In this document: piece by piece, positions 9,271-17,942 of the stretch
Layout: each line of letters opens with the position of its first letter
How positions within the stretch are numbered: position 1 is the stretch's first letter
NCBI GenBank assembly: GCA_016192455.1
Contig: JACPUC010000027.1
Span: 1-64,000, forward strand
Length of the DNA: 64,000 bases
Direction: 5' to 3'
Source: Candidatus Tectimicrobiota bacterium
GTDB lineage: Bacteria > JACPUC01
Position numbers and translations under genes: made by a program
Notes under the pieces: generated by a model
Seen by the model: only the letters and a program-made list of their open reading frames with translations
Told to the model about the DNA's origin: nothing
Databases searched by the model: none

Positions 9271-9670
9271 TCTGCGTCTCTGCGCCTCCGCGGTGAAATG
9301 GATGGCACCGCGGAGAGGCGGCGGACGCAGACAGGGGGGAACCACAGATGCACACGGATGCACACGGAGAAGAATAAGATCAGTGTTCATCTGCGTTCAT
9401 CCGTGGTTCTTGCATCCCGTGGTAGGGACGGTTCGCTAACTGCCCCTACGCTCTCTACGTCTCTGCTCCTCTGCGGTTCCATAGATTGCACCGCGGAGGC
9501 GCGGAGAACGCGGAGAAGGTGGGGAGGAACCACAGATGCACACCGATGCACACGGAGAAGAATTAAGATCAGTGACCATCTGTGTTTATCTGTGGTTCCT
9601 GTGTACCGCACGCAGACAGGCGGATGCACACGGAGAAGATCAGTCTCCATCTGGGTTCATCCGTGGTTCT
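9271..9670. repeat. Mosaic cluster of palindromic (REP/BIME-like) repeats
   Basis: ctctgcgcctccgcggtg...caccgcggag hairpins, aaccacagatgcacacggatgcacacgga...atctgcgttcatccgtggtt hairpins and GTAG-REP gtagggacggttcgctaactgcccctac (9422-9449). Confidence 0.9.
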
Positions 9671-9694
9671 GGCCTCCTGGTCACGCCGCCGGCC

Positions 9695-10285
9695 TCAGTA
9701 CGCCGGCGGCAGGATGGTGAGCTTCTCCGAGGCCTCGATGTGGCGCACGAAGCGGTACTTGTTCTCCGTCTTGTCCACGGTCATGACCGGGACATCCTCG
9801 TTCCCCTTCTCGACCTTGGCCACCAGCAACGAGGGCGCCGCGGTGGCGAACATAGCGCGCAGGGTTGACGCGAAGGCGTCGACATCGCGCACCGTCGCCA
9901 CGTCGTCGATCCCGCAGGCGCGCGCCGCGGCGGCGAGATCGGTGCGCCCGGCGGTCACCGTGGGCAGGCCGCAGGGGGAGTCGTAGGCGGCGTTGTCGAA
10001 GACGATGATCTTCAGGTTCGGCGGCTGCAGCTCGCCGACGCTGCAGAGCGCCCCGAGGTTGAGAAGGAGGCTGCCGTCACCGTCGAAGGCGAGGACGCGC
10101 CGCCGCGGCAGCGCCAGCGCCAGGCCGAGCGCCATCGGCGTCACCCCGCCCATGAAGACGCCGTAGAGGTTCTGCGGCCGGTCCCCCTGGGCGTGCCACT
10201 CCACCATGTTGCCGCCGACGCTCGTCACCACCAGCTCGTCGGTCACCAGGCGCGCCAGCATTTCCATGCACCGTAGGCGTCTCAT
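9695..10285 (-). CDS. TPP-dependent decarboxylase beta subunit (ComE / phosphonopyruvate decarboxylase-like)
   Basis: DGDGSLLLNLG...FDN TPP-binding motif; overlaps alpha-subunit stop. Confidence 0.85.
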   Translation of the reverse strand: MRRLRCMEMLARLVTDELVVTSVGGNMVEWHAQGDRPQNLYGVFMGGVTPMALGLALALPRRRVLAFDGDGSLLLNLGALCSVGELQPPNLKIIVFDNAAYDSPCGLPTVTAGRTDLAAAARACGIDDVATVRDVDAFASTLRAMFATAAPSLLVAKVEKGNEDVPVMTVDKTENKYRFVRHIEASEKLTILPPAY

Positions 10286-10779
10286 CGCACCGCCTCCCCG
10301 CTGAACAGCAGCGCCACCGGCGCCTTCGACAGCGTCAGCGACGTCTGCGCCTCGACGATGGAGCGGCGGATGTCGGCGCTGCGCTCCACCTTGCGGTACT
10401 GCAGGCGCAGCGCCTGGATCACCGGCTCGGTGGACCAGCCCATCGCCACGGACCAGTAGAACGGGTCGCCGAGGGTGCCGCGGTGGCTGATGCACAGGAG
10501 GAACGGCGTGCCGAAAAGGCTCAGGCGTGAGAGCGCATCGCAGGCTACCATCATGCCGGACGCTTCGGTGAGCATCACCGGCCGCTTGCCGCCCAGCCAG
10601 GCGCCGGCGCAGGCCGCCACGCCCACCGCCTCGTTCACCACCGGCACGTGGATGAAGTCGGGGTCGGCCATGACGCGCTCGGCCACGTTCCACAGCCAGC
10701 CATCCGGCAGGAACGCCGCAAAGTTGATCCCCGCCTCCTTGAAACCCCGCATCACTTCATCAACCGCTGCCGCTTTCAT
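10282..10779 (-). CDS. TPP-dependent decarboxylase alpha subunit (ComD-like)
   Basis: GINFAAFLPDGWL, NEAVGVAACAGAWLGGKRP and SHRG motifs. Confidence 0.85.
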   Translation of the reverse strand: MKAAAVDEVMRGFKEAGINFAAFLPDGWLWNVAERVMADPDFIHVPVVNEAVGVAACAGAWLGGKRPVMLTEASGMMVACDALSRLSLFGTPFLLCISHRGTLGDPFYWSVAMGWSTEPVIQALRLQYRKVERSADIRRSIVEAQTSLTLSKAPVALLFSGEAVR

Positions 10780-11116
10780 GCCCCGTTCTCCCTGCGGGAT
10801 GGTGCCGCGCTGCCCTTCTATCCGGCGCCTGCCGCTCGTCGCGGTAGCCTCCGGTCGAGGGTCGGCGCCGGATTTTCCCATCCGACGGTGTTGGAAAACC
10901 GCCGGTGGTCTGCTAGAGTACCTCACCCTGCTCTCGGAAGCCAGCGGCCGGCGCCGCCCGGCGGGCGTTGCTGGAGCAGCCGAAGCTGAGGCGGGGGAGA
11001 CCGCACTCGAGCCGGCAGGAGAGGCTGAGGCATTTCCGCCCTCTCGTCGTGAAGCCGCCTATGGGGCCGGCGTGCCGCCTCGCATCGTTCGCATCCTGAG
11101 AGGCGTGAGGGAGACC

Positions 11117-12763
11117 ATGCACGAGATCACCACGGACATCCTCGTCATCGGCGGCGGTCTGGCGGGCTGCCAGGCCGCGGTGCGGGCGCGCCAGCTCGGC
11201 TGCGAGGTGGCGGTGATGGAGAAGTCGTACATCCACCACAGCGGCGCGGCCTGCATGGGGCTGAAGGACATGGTGGTCTACCTGCCAGGCATCAACACGA
11301 AACAGTCCGAGATGGCGCTGCAGAAGCGCGCCACCCACGGCCTCAACGACGAGACGATGTGCGAGCTCATCCTCGACGGCGGCGCCGCCCTGGTCGATCG
11401 TCTCGAATCGTGGGGCATCCAGGTGCGCAACGACGAGGGGGAGCTGGTCTACGACCAGTCCATGTTCGGCGGCTGCAACCTCTACATCTGGAACGGCAAG
11501 TACCTGAAGAAGGGGCACGCGCGGCAGGTGAAGAAGAGCGGCGCGCACGTCTTCAACCGCGTCATGATGACCGATCTGCTGGTGGAAGACGGCGCCGTGG
11601 TGGGAGCAGTGGGGTTCCACACGCGCAGCGGCGAAGCCATGGTCTTTCACGCCAAGGCGACGATCCTGGCTTCGGGCGACTGCGTGCGCATGTACCAGGC
11701 GCCGGCCGGCGAGAACTTCAACCGCTGGCGCAACCCCTACCATACCGGCGACGGCTATGCCGCGGCGCTGCGGGCCGGCGCCCGCCTGAAGCACATGGAG
11801 TTCGTGCAGGGCACCCTGGTGCCGAAGGATTTCACGGCGCCGGGGATCAACGCCTTCATCGGCGTCGGCGCGAAGCTCTACAACGCCCGCGGCGAACGCT
11901 TCATGGGGGAGTACGCCGGCGAGCGCATGGAGAAGTCGCCCCGCCAGCTCCTTGCCTACGCCGTCTTCAGCGAGATCAAGGAGGGACGCGGCCCCATCTT
12001 CATGGATTTCCGCGACCTCGACCGGGCGCGCTTCGACCTCGTTATGCGCGGCTTCGAGAATGAGAAGCCGACCTACTTCACCTACTTCAAGGAGCGCCAC
12101 ATCGACCTGAAGTCCGGCATGATGGAGCTCGAAGTCTCCGAACCGTACTCGCGCGGCGAGCTGACGGGAGGCGTCGACGTTGACAGCACCTTCGGGCTGA
12201 CCCTGCCGGGACTCTTCGGCGTCGGCGACGCCACCGCCTACGGGAGCTGGTCGGCCGCCTCGGGCGCCATGATCCTGGGCTGGGAGGGGGCGGCCCGCGC
12301 CTGCGCTTACGCCCAGGGCCTGCACGCCGCGCCGCGCCCCTCGACGGCGACGGTGGCGGCGGCCCTCGACCGTCTGGAGGGGCCGGGACGCAGGCCGCCG
12401 GGCATGGAGCTTGCCGAGATCGAGCGCAACCTGCAGCGCATCATGACTTCGTATGCCGGCTACGAGCGCAACGAGACCAGCCTGCGCGTCGGCCTCGAGC
12501 GCATCCGCAAGCTGCAGCGCCTGGCGGAAACGGAGGTCGGGGCGCGCGACGTGCGCGAGCGCGTCAAGGCGCACGAGATTCTCAACATGCTGGAGGTGGC
12601 CGAAACCATCATCCTGGCGGCGAAGGAGCGCAAGGAATCGCGCATGTTCCTGAACCACCGCCGGACGGATTACCCCGAGCGCGATGACAAGCGCTGGCTG
12701 AAGCATCTGTTGGTCCAGAAGCAGGCCGGCAGGGTGGTGGTGAGTGAGCGCGCGGTGGGGTGA
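11117..12763 (+). CDS. FAD-dependent oxidoreductase of the AprA/SdhA/NadB superfamily (AprA-like)
   Basis: DILVIGGGLAG, HSGAACMG, TGDGYAAALRAGA, RKESR and RTDYPERDD motifs; no SdhA covalent-FAD RSH motif. Confidence 0.85.
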   Translation: MHEITTDILVIGGGLAGCQAAVRARQLGCEVAVMEKSYIHHSGAACMGLKDMVVYLPGINTKQSEMALQKRATHGLNDETMCELILDGGAALVDRLESWGIQVRNDEGELVYDQSMFGGCNLYIWNGKYLKKGHARQVKKSGAHVFNRVMMTDLLVEDGAVVGAVGFHTRSGEAMVFHAKATILASGDCVRMYQAPAGENFNRWRNPYHTGDGYAAALRAGARLKHMEFVQGTLVPKDFTAPGINAFIGVGAKLYNARGERFMGEYAGERMEKSPRQLLAYAVFSEIKEGRGPIFMDFRDLDRARFDLVMRGFENEKPTYFTYFKERHIDLKSGMMELEVSEPYSRGELTGGVDVDSTFGLTLPGLFGVGDATAYGSWSAASGAMILGWEGAARACAYAQGLHAAPRPSTATVAAALDRLEGPGRRPPGMELAEIERNLQRIMTSYAGYERNETSLRVGLERIRKLQRLAETEVGARDVRERVKAHEILNMLEVAETIILAAKERKESRMFLNHRRTDYPERDDKRWLKHLLVQKQAGRVVVSERAVG

Positions 12764-12810
12764 AAGCGCCGCGGCGGCAGGCGACAGGCCGGAAGGCTGT
12801 CCTCCCATCT

Positions 12811-13080
12811 CTGCGCTCTCTGCGCCTCTGCGGTGAAATGGAGTGCACCGCGGAGACGCGGAGGACGCAGAAGAGGGGGGAGGAACCACGGATGAACACC
12901 GATGCACACGGATAAGAATAAGATCAGTGTTCATCTGTGTTTATCTGTGGTTCCTGTGCACCGCACGCAGACAGGCGGATGCACACGGACACGATCAATG
13001 TTCATCCGTGGTTCTTACCTCCCCTGGTTGGGGCGGGGTGCGAACCGCCCCGACGGTCGATGGGCTGGAAGCCTGGCCTA
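12811..13080. repeat. Second copy of the mosaic palindromic repeat cluster
   Basis: Same hairpin units as 9450-9670 in the same order and orientation, ending in ggggcggggtgcgaaccgcccc. Confidence 0.9.
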
Positions 13081-13185
13081 CCGGCCTGGCGGCGCGGTGA
13101 TGTAGCAGCCGGCGAGGAGAGCTGCACCGGGCTAAGGGAGAGCAAGTCCCGCTCTCAGGGTGCGTCATACAAGAGGAGGAGCGTC

Positions 13186-14202
13186 ATGAAGAGAGTGGTG
13201 CGTGGTGTCTCTGTCCTGCTGGCGTTGGTGGCCCTGCTTGCCGGCGGCGCGGCGGGGCATTGGGGGTTCGGCGTCGCCCAGGCCGCCGAGCCGGTGACGT
13301 TCCGCATCGGCACCGCAATCCCGGACTATGCTTACGCCTTCTTCACGGAGCGTCCGGACATCCTGAAGCACTACGGCAAGAGCTACAAGATCGAGTGGGT
13401 GAAGTTCACCGGCTCGGGCGGCGCCCTGTCGGCCTTCGCGGCCAAGAAGGTTGACCTGTCGATCATGACCATCCTCCCCCTCATCAACGCCGCCACGAAG
13501 TACCGCCTCGACTTCAAGGTCATCCACTCGCAGCAGGATCACGGCGTGGACGGCCACTTCGCCACCACCTTCATGGCGCGGGCCGACTCCGGCGTCCGGC
13601 GCGCCGAGGACCTGAAAGGGAAGATCGCCGGCGTCAACGTGCGCGGCGGGGTGCTCGACCTGGCCCTGCGCATCATGCTCATGAAGCACGGCCTGAAGCC
13701 CGACAGCGATGTGACCATCGTGGAGGGCCAGTTCCCCCACCTGGGTGCGATGATCCGGGACAAGAAGATCGACCTCGGCTCCATCATCCAACCCTTCTAC
13801 TCGCGCGAGCAGAAGAAGGGCGGCCTCATCGACGTTTTCACCACCGTCGATGCCTTCGAGACCGCGCAGCCACTCTCCTTCCGCGCCGCCCACGGCTCGG
13901 TGCTGAAGGAGCATGCCGCGGCGGTGCGGGATTACGTCGACGACTATCTTCGCACCATTGCCTGGGGCCACGACCACCGCGAGGAGGCCGTCCGGGCCTA
14001 CTCGAAGACCTGGAAGATTCCTGAAGAGACGCTGATGGATTACTTCCTGACGAAGAAGGACACGCTCTATCGGCGCGACGGCGTCGTCGACGTGACTCTC
14101 CTGCAGAAAGTGGTCGAGACCCTGGTGAGGACCGGCTTCCTGAAAGAGTCGGTCGATGTTTCCAAGTACGTCGATCTGTCGTTCCTGCCGGCTAAACGGT
14201 AA
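13186..14202 (+). CDS. ABC transporter substrate-binding protein, SsuA/TauA-like
   Basis: Signal peptide; EDLKGKIAGVN, GLKPDSDVTIVE; AGGAGG RBS. Confidence 0.88.
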   Translation: MKRVVRGVSVLLALVALLAGGAAGHWGFGVAQAAEPVTFRIGTAIPDYAYAFFTERPDILKHYGKSYKIEWVKFTGSGGALSAFAAKKVDLSIMTILPLINAATKYRLDFKVIHSQQDHGVDGHFATTFMARADSGVRRAEDLKGKIAGVNVRGGVLDLALRIMLMKHGLKPDSDVTIVEGQFPHLGAMIRDKKIDLGSIIQPFYSREQKKGGLIDVFTTVDAFETAQPLSFRAAHGSVLKEHAAAVRDYVDDYLRTIAWGHDHREEAVRAYSKTWKIPEETLMDYFLTKKDTLYRRDGVVDVTLLQKVVETLVRTGFLKESVDVSKYVDLSFLPAKR

Positions 14203-14240
14203 GGGAGCGCGGCTCGGGTGACCTGCTGGAAATCGCCGTC

Positions 14241-15038
14241 ATGAATTCGGCAAAGGTGGAGATCCGCGACGTCACCAAGGCCTTCCGGTCGACGGGAGGC
14301 TCGCAGGTGACGGCGCTGGCGGGCATCTCGCTGCGCATTCCGGAGAACGAGTTCCTCACCGTCGTGGGGCCGAGCGGCTGCGGCAAGAGCACCCTCCTCT
14401 ACATCATCGGCGGCTTCCTGAAGGCGACGCGCGGCGAGGTGCTGGTGAACGGCGTGCCGGTGACCGGCCCGGGGGCGGATCGCGGCATCGTCTTCCAGAA
14501 GTACTCCCTCTTCCCCTGGCGCACGGTGATGCAGAACATCACCTACGGCCTCGAGGAGCAGGGAGTGCCGCGCGCCGAGCGCCAGGAGATCGCCCGCTCC
14601 TACCTGCGGCTCATGCGCCTCGAGGGCTTCGAGCGCGCCTACCCGCGCGCCCTCTCCGGCGGCATGCAGCAGCGCGTCGCCCTGGCCCAGACGCTCGCCT
14701 GCGAGCCCGACATCATCCTCATGGACGAGCCCTTCGGCGCCCTCGACGCGCAGACCCGCAAGCTCATGCAGGTGGAGCTGCTGCGCCTCTGGGAGCAGCG
14801 CCGCACGACGATCATCTTCGTCACCCACGACGTCGAGGAGGCGATCTACCTCGGCACCCGCGTCATCGTCATGACGGCGCGGCCCGGCACGGTGAAGCAC
14901 GATGAACCCATCGCCTTGAACATCGCGCGCGACAAGGAGGACTACATGCTGAACCGCGCCTTCATGGAGCTGAAGATGCGCATCTGGCTGAACGTCAAGG
15001 AAGAGGTCGAGCGCTACGGTGAGGTTGCCCGCTCGTAA
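14241..15038 (+). CDS. ABC transporter ATP-binding protein, TauB/SsuB-like
   Basis: GPSGCGKST, LSGGMQQR, MDEPFGALD and VTHDVEEA motifs. Confidence 0.95.
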   Translation: MNSAKVEIRDVTKAFRSTGGSQVTALAGISLRIPENEFLTVVGPSGCGKSTLLYIIGGFLKATRGEVLVNGVPVTGPGADRGIVFQKYSLFPWRTVMQNITYGLEEQGVPRAERQEIARSYLRLMRLEGFERAYPRALSGGMQQRVALAQTLACEPDIILMDEPFGALDAQTRKLMQVELLRLWEQRRTTIIFVTHDVEEAIYLGTRVIVMTARPGTVKHDEPIALNIARDKEDYMLNRAFMELKMRIWLNVKEEVERYGEVARS

Positions 15039-15132
15039 GACGTTTGCCTTCTGCATTCCCGTTCGAGCTTGGTGTCGTGAGGAGTGAAATTGGGGCTGGG
15101 GGAGGTGAGGGGGGACCCTTGCTCCCTCGCGG

Positions 15133-15185
15133 TCCCCTCCCTCACCCTCACCCTCTCCCAGTGGGAGAGGGGTTGGGGGTGAGGG
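15133..15185. repeat. REP-like hairpin
   Basis: ccctcaccctcaccctctcccagtgggagaggggttgggggtgaggg inverted repeat inside the ABC operon. Confidence 0.7.
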
Positions 15186-15204
15186 ACGACGCAAGGAGCG
15201 TTCG

Positions 15205-15969
15205 ATGCCGGCGCTGCGCAAGATCGTTGTCCGCTTCCTGCCGCTCCTGCTCGTGTTCGGCGCCTGGGAGGCGCTCACCGCGCCGCGCCTCATCCCGGAG
15301 GACTTCATTCCCCGCTTCGCACACGTGCTGAGGGCGCTGGGCGACCTCCTCTCCTCGGCGGAGTTCTACGGGCATGCCGCCGCCTCGTTCTCTCGCGTCT
15401 TCATCGGCCTCACCATCAGCATCATCGCGGGGGTGGCGCTCGGCATCGGCATGGCGTGGTACCGCTGGGTGAAGCGCTTCTGCGAGCCCCTCGTGGTCCT
15501 CAGCTATCCGATTCCGAAGCCCGCCATCATCCCGGTGTTCATCATCTGGCTCGGCATCGGCGACCTCTCGAAGATCGCCGTCATCGCCCTGGGGTGCGTG
15601 GTGCCGATCATCATCTCCTCCTACAACGCCACCCTCAGCGTCGATCGCTACCTCGTCTGGTCGGCGTTGTCGAAGGGGACGAGCGAGCGGCGGCTCCTGC
15701 GCAAGGTGATCTTCCCCGCCTCCCTGCCGCGCATCGCCGTCGCCATCCGCGTCGCCATCGCCGTGGCCTTCATCCTCCTCGTCAGCTCGGAGTTCATCGC
15801 CGCCAACACCGGCCTCGGCTATCTGACGTTCTCGTATGGGTCCGTTGGGTCGAACGATTACATGTTCGCCACCATCTTCCTCATCGTCGCGGTGGGCTTC
15901 TCCGCCGATCGCGGCTACGCGGCGGTGATGCAGCGCGTGCTCGCCTGGCACGAGTTCGGCGAGCTGTAG
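15205..15969 (+). CDS. ABC transporter permease, TauC/SsuC-like
   Basis: PIPKPAIIPVFIIWLGIG; VIFPASLP; LVSSEFI. Confidence 0.93.
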   Translation: MPALRKIVVRFLPLLLVFGAWEALTAPRLIPEDFIPRFAHVLRALGDLLSSAEFYGHAAASFSRVFIGLTISIIAGVALGIGMAWYRWVKRFCEPLVVLSYPIPKPAIIPVFIIWLGIGDLSKIAVIALGCVVPIIISSYNATLSVDRYLVWSALSKGTSERRLLRKVIFPASLPRIAVAIRVAIAVAFILLVSSEFIAANTGLGYLTFSYGSVGSNDYMFATIFLIVAVGFSADRGYAAVMQRVLAWHEFGEL

Positions 15970-15976
15970 GGGCGCC

Positions 15977-16822
15977 ATGGCACAGGGCAAGCCGCGGGTG
16001 GATGTCGATATGGCGTCGGGGAGCAGGGAACCCGCAGCCCGGCGCTGGGCAGCGCTGCGTTGGCTCGCAGCCGGGGTGGCGCACTACTTCTCCGTCCTCC
16101 TCTTCTTTGGGCTGTGGGAGTTCGTGGCCCGCAGCGGCTGGGTGAATCCCTGGGTCTTCCCGCCGGTGACGGTGTCGCTGGCGGAATGGGGGAGGTCGCT
16201 CGCCACGGGGGACATCTTCCATCCCATGGGCTTGACCCTCTTGCGCGCCCTGGGCGGCCTGACGATGGCCCTCGGCGTCGGCATCACGCTAGGGCTGCTG
16301 ATGGGGCGCTACCGCCTGGTGGAGTGGTTCTTCGAGCCGCTCATCGCCATCGGCTTCCCGGCGCCGAAGATCGCCTTCCTGCCGCTCTTCGTCCTCTGGT
16401 TCGGCTTCTTCAACACCGCCAAGGTGCTCATCGTCTTCACCTCGTGCATCTTCCCGTTGACGCTTTACGCCTACCACGGCGCCAGGAGCGTCGATCGCTT
16501 CTACCTTTGGTCGGCGCTCAGCAAGGGGAGCCGCGGCTTCGCTCTGCTGCGCAAAGTCGTCCTGCCGGCGGCCCTGCCGCACATCTTCGACGGCTTCCAG
16601 GTGGCCCTCATCGTCTCCTTCATCGTCGCCTTCGTGGCGGAGATGGTGACCGGCGGCGGCGGCCTGGGCTTCGAGATGATCAAGGCGGCGCAGGACGCCG
16701 AGACGCCGCGCGCCTTCGCCATGCTCTTCACCATCTCCCTGCTGGGCTACGGCACCATCAAGCTGGCGGAATGGCTGCGCGCCCTCCTCCTCTTCTGGCA
16801 TATCGAGCACGAGGCGCATTGA
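15977..16822 (+). CDS. Second ABC transporter permease, TauC/SsuC-like
   Basis: PKIAFLPLFVLWFG; VVLPAALPHIFDG; VAEMV. Confidence 0.93.
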   Translation: MAQGKPRVDVDMASGSREPAARRWAALRWLAAGVAHYFSVLLFFGLWEFVARSGWVNPWVFPPVTVSLAEWGRSLATGDIFHPMGLTLLRALGGLTMALGVGITLGLLMGRYRLVEWFFEPLIAIGFPAPKIAFLPLFVLWFGFFNTAKVLIVFTSCIFPLTLYAYHGARSVDRFYLWSALSKGSRGFALLRKVVLPAALPHIFDGFQVALIVSFIVAFVAEMVTGGGGLGFEMIKAAQDAETPRAFAMLFTISLLGYGTIKLAEWLRALLLFWHIEHEAH

Positions 16823-17026
16823 GACTGGCCGAGAGCGCCCGCCCTCCTACGCGCCCGGGGCCAAGCACTGCCGCCGTGGTCCCCACGGGACGCCGCCGCT
16901 CGCCGCGTTGACAGCCCGCCAGGCCGGCTCTACCATCCGCCTATTCCCAGCTCTCCTTCCACGGTCGTCCGCACGATGGCCCTGGAGGAGGAAGGAGCAG
17001 ACCGCTGTGTGAAGGAGTGAGCCGTC

Positions 17027-17764
17027 ATGCGTATCGTTGACCTGAGCCTGCCGATCAACCGCCACATGCGCGGCATTCCGAAGATCAAGGAGTACGAGGA
17101 GAACCCCACCCGCCTGGTGGTCCTCTCGGCCCTCAGCGAGCAGCACCTGGCGCAGTTGAGGGCGCAGGGGTTGGAGACGGTGGCGCAGCCGGAGGTCACC
17201 CACCACATGATGAGCCGGCTGGAGATCCTGGGTCACATCGGCACTCACATCGACGCGCCCTGCCATTTTCTCGAAGGGACGTGGTCCATCGACCAGGTGC
17301 CGCTGGAGAGCATCGTCAAGAAGGGGCGGGTCATTCCCCTGACGCACCTGGAGCCGGGCACCGCGGTGACCGCCGAGAAGGTTCTCGCCACGGGGGTTCA
17401 GTTCGACAGCTCGGTCATCCCCATCCTGCACACCGGCTGGACCGACCGCGCCTGGGGCACCGACGCCTTCTGGAACGACATGATCTACCTCGATACGAGC
17501 GTCAGCGAGTTGCTGCTCGAGCGCGGGGTGAGCGCGGTGGCCCTCGACTTCTTCCCCGAGGTGCCCTTCTGGCGCATCGTGCGCGACCCGAGCGCCGGTC
17601 CCGGCCCGAACCATTGCCTGCTCCTCGGCAAGGGGACGATCCTCATTCAGATGCTCACGAACATCGGCGCCATCGGCACCGAAGACTTCACGCTCGTGGC
17701 CGTCCCCCTGCGCCTGGAGGGGCTCGATGGCTCGCCGGCGCGCGTCTTCGCCATGATCCCCTAG
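17027..17764 (+). CDS. Cyclase / kynurenine formamidase (KynB)-like metal-dependent hydrolase
   Basis: HIGTHIDAPCH signature; LDGSPARVFA. Confidence 0.9.
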   Translation: MRIVDLSLPINRHMRGIPKIKEYEENPTRLVVLSALSEQHLAQLRAQGLETVAQPEVTHHMMSRLEILGHIGTHIDAPCHFLEGTWSIDQVPLESIVKKGRVIPLTHLEPGTAVTAEKVLATGVQFDSSVIPILHTGWTDRAWGTDAFWNDMIYLDTSVSELLLERGVSAVALDFFPEVPFWRIVRDPSAGPGPNHCLLLGKGTILIQMLTNIGAIGTEDFTLVAVPLRLEGLDGSPARVFAMIP

Positions 17765-17942
17765 CCGGCGCCAAGGTGCCGCGCCTATGAGGCTGGCGCG
17801 CGGGGAGGGGCGCGTCAGAGCGGCAGGGGGCTCGCGGCGAGGCGTTCCAGCTCCTCCTGCCGAGGTGGCGCGGTGGGGCGCGCCGGAGAAGCCCCCATCT
17901 CGTTGCTCGTCTCGTCACCCGCATGATGGGAGGAAGCGCCCC

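Noticed and set aside
9271..9670. Possible CRISPR array
   Set aside because: The units are long inverted hairpins of several families with conserved linkers, not constant repeats with unique spacers
10475..11116. N-terminal extensions on ORF-track calls (also 6400-7644, 40819-42945, 50858-52573, 54949-57084, 56948-59647)
   Set aside because: The extensions overlap other genes or intergenic repeats; internal starts with RBS and family-typical N-termini were used instead
11117..12763. Calling this a genuine dissimilatory aprA or sdhA
   Set aside because: No aprB, sat, qmo or sdhBC nearby, it is shorter than typical AprA, and it lacks the SdhA covalent-FAD His motif
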